NCBI GenBank assembly: GCA_964016885.1
Contig: CAXHJY010000221.1
Span: 16,619 to 80,618 of the forward strand
Source of the DNA: Eledone cirrhosa
Lineage: Eukaryota
Reading direction: 5' to 3'
DNA: 64,000 nt
The translations under genes were made by a program, and so were the position numbers. The stretch's first letter is position 1; each line of letters starts with the position of its first letter. Shown here piece by piece: positions 62,132 through 64,000 of this stretch. The notes under the pieces were generated by a model that had not been told where the DNA came from, ran no database searches, and worked only from the letters and a program-made list of their open reading frames with translations.

Positions 62132-62740
62132 ACTCAGTATTTAGTCTTAATAAAAATTAACATTATAACTCTATTTCGGTATTGAATACTCCTTTCTCTC
62201 AGACGTCAACCACATATGGATGTATAGATATGTGTATATATACATACATACATATATTTATGTACACACATATATATATATATTCATTAGTTAAGCAAAA
62301 CAAGACCACAAATTTCACAAGGAAGACATTATTAAAAGATTGTCAACATATTTTAGTTTGATGTAAGGAATGTAGAGAATAATAATATTAATAATAATAA
62401 TGTCCGTTTACAATTGTTTCGCTACTCCATATAATATATCTGGATCAGATGACTATATATCATTATTGATCTGGTTCAGTTGAAAATAATTAACATATTT
62501 AAAAACAGAGCGGCTCATCGGAACTTCAATATATGGAACATTACATTATGTAACATTCTCTCCTTATTTAAATTTATATTCCTTTGAAGTTCCGATAAGC
62601 CGCTCTGGTTTTAAATATGTTAATTATTTTCAACTGAACCAGATCAATAATGATATATAGTCATCTGATCCAGAAATATTATATGGAGTAGCGAAACAAT
62701 TGTAAACGAACATTATTATTATTAATAGTATTATTATTAA

Positions 62741-62926
62741 GGGCGGTGGATTGGCAGTATCGGTAGAGGGTCGGACGCCATGCTTTCCAGCATAGTTACG
62801 TCCCTTTACGATCTGAGTTCAAATCCCGCCGAGGTTAACTTTACCTCTCATCCTTACGGGGTCGATAAAATAAAGTACCAGTAATGCACTGGGTAATTGC
62901 TGGCCTTGTGCCTAAAGTAGAACCAA
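62741..62926 (+). mobile_element. SINE family 1, near-consensus reference copy
   Basis: GGGCGGTGGATTGGCAGTATCGG (A box), GAGTTCAAATCC (B box), CATCCTTACGGGGTCGATAAAATAAAGTACCAG, (TTA)n tail. Confidence 0.9.
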
Positions 62927-63462
62927 TTATTATTATTAATATTATTATTATTATCTACATTGCTTACATCAAACTAAAATATGTTGACAATCTTTTAATG
63001 TCTTCCTTGTAAAATTGGAGATGCTGGTCTTGGGTTCAATCCTGGTCAAGGGGTACTTTTTTCAGTTTTTATTTTCCTCCCATATAAAAAAACCGAAAAG
63101 GGTTACAGGGAACTCTACTCCAGACCAGGACCGAACTTAAGACCACGATCACCACCGTCTATGATTCGTCCAACTCGGCCACCGAGACAGCTACAGAAGT
63201 TTAATGAAAACTAATAATTATAAACATACTATACACATATATTGAGTGAGTGTGAAAGACCAAAAGGTCATTATTGAAAGTCTCTGGATTTCGCAAAATA
63301 CATAATATTTTTTTATTGGAGAAGGTAAGATAATTACCGCAAAAATTTGATTGCACTGTTTTGTTCCCACTTATGTATGTTTTGAAAAAATGTTATTTAT
63401 TCATTATAAAAATTAAATGATATCATTCTATATGTAGGTGAGCCCCCTTCATCTCCTGGCAA

Positions 63463-63500
<38 letters not shown>

Positions 63501-64000
63501 TGGTTCGATTCATTAAGAATTCAGATTTTTCTCCCCTGCCATCTTTCTATAATTTATCATTTAGCTAATAATTCTTTCTCATCACTCCGGGGGTAACTTT
63601 ACTAGATTAAAAACCTCTTGGTTCACCACTCACTGTATTAAATACATTAACAGAGACCGGGTTAGTAGTCTAACATAGTATATAGGTAGAACACTTCATC
63701 ATAATTTGGACAAGACTCAAATTAACCCTTACAATTTTCATTTTGAGGAATGGGGAACTTCTGGCCTGAGGCCACATGCGGTATTTTGGTGTAACAGTTG
63801 CAGTTTGCTGTCTACTGTCTGTCTGTTAATCTTAAAATACAGTCTTGTTTTGGCATACTCTGTGTTTAATCAATAATTTCTCGAGTACTAAGTAACATAA
63901 GTCAAATATTGTTTGCGTTATCAGATACATATTAAACGGAGATGAATATTTTAACGTGATTCTTAATGTTACCACCAACAACGTTGGAATCAAATATTGG

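Larger units (their letters stand above)
61286..63016. repeat. Triplicated segment forming nested inverted repeats
   Basis: Copy A 61286-61566 (+, with SINE 61404-61566), copy B 62281-62529 (+, no SINE), copy C 62584-63016 (-, with SINE). Confidence 0.85.

Noticed and set aside
62692-62708. GAAACAATTGTA as hammerhead stem III
   Set aside because: The palindromic motif fits, but no CUGANGA, stem II partner or stem I was found upstream.
62741-62830. tRNA genes
   Set aside because: The A/B boxes belong to SINE heads; no complete cloverleaf was seen.

Overview
This is AT-rich, repeat-saturated eukaryotic non-coding DNA. The SINE families, Helitrons and kilobase (TA)n/(CATA)n arrays suggest an octopus or other coleoid cephalopod (inference). 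I recognise no host protein-coding gene, and essentially every long ORF in the supplied track is a microsatellite artefact (YI/HT/VC repeats). Contents: about 20 tRNA-headed SINE copies in two families, RTE/Expander LINE fragments, a non-autonomous bipartite RTE element sitting in (ATGT)n, CRE-like LINE 3' ends, two Helitrons, mariner remnants, several minisatellites and local inverted or tandem duplications. The most striking signal is a set of at least five unrelated families of 50-360 bp mini-elements embedded in (TA)n tracts. Most are hairpins with a short inverted arm and a longer tailed arm, and they carry minimal type I hammerhead ribozyme motifs (CUGANGA...GAAA...UH, short or palindromic stem III). 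This matches the inverted termini of Penelope-like elements. One family carries a compensatory U3-A8 core variant in both arms. All structures were parsed by eye, and repeat boundaries are approximate.
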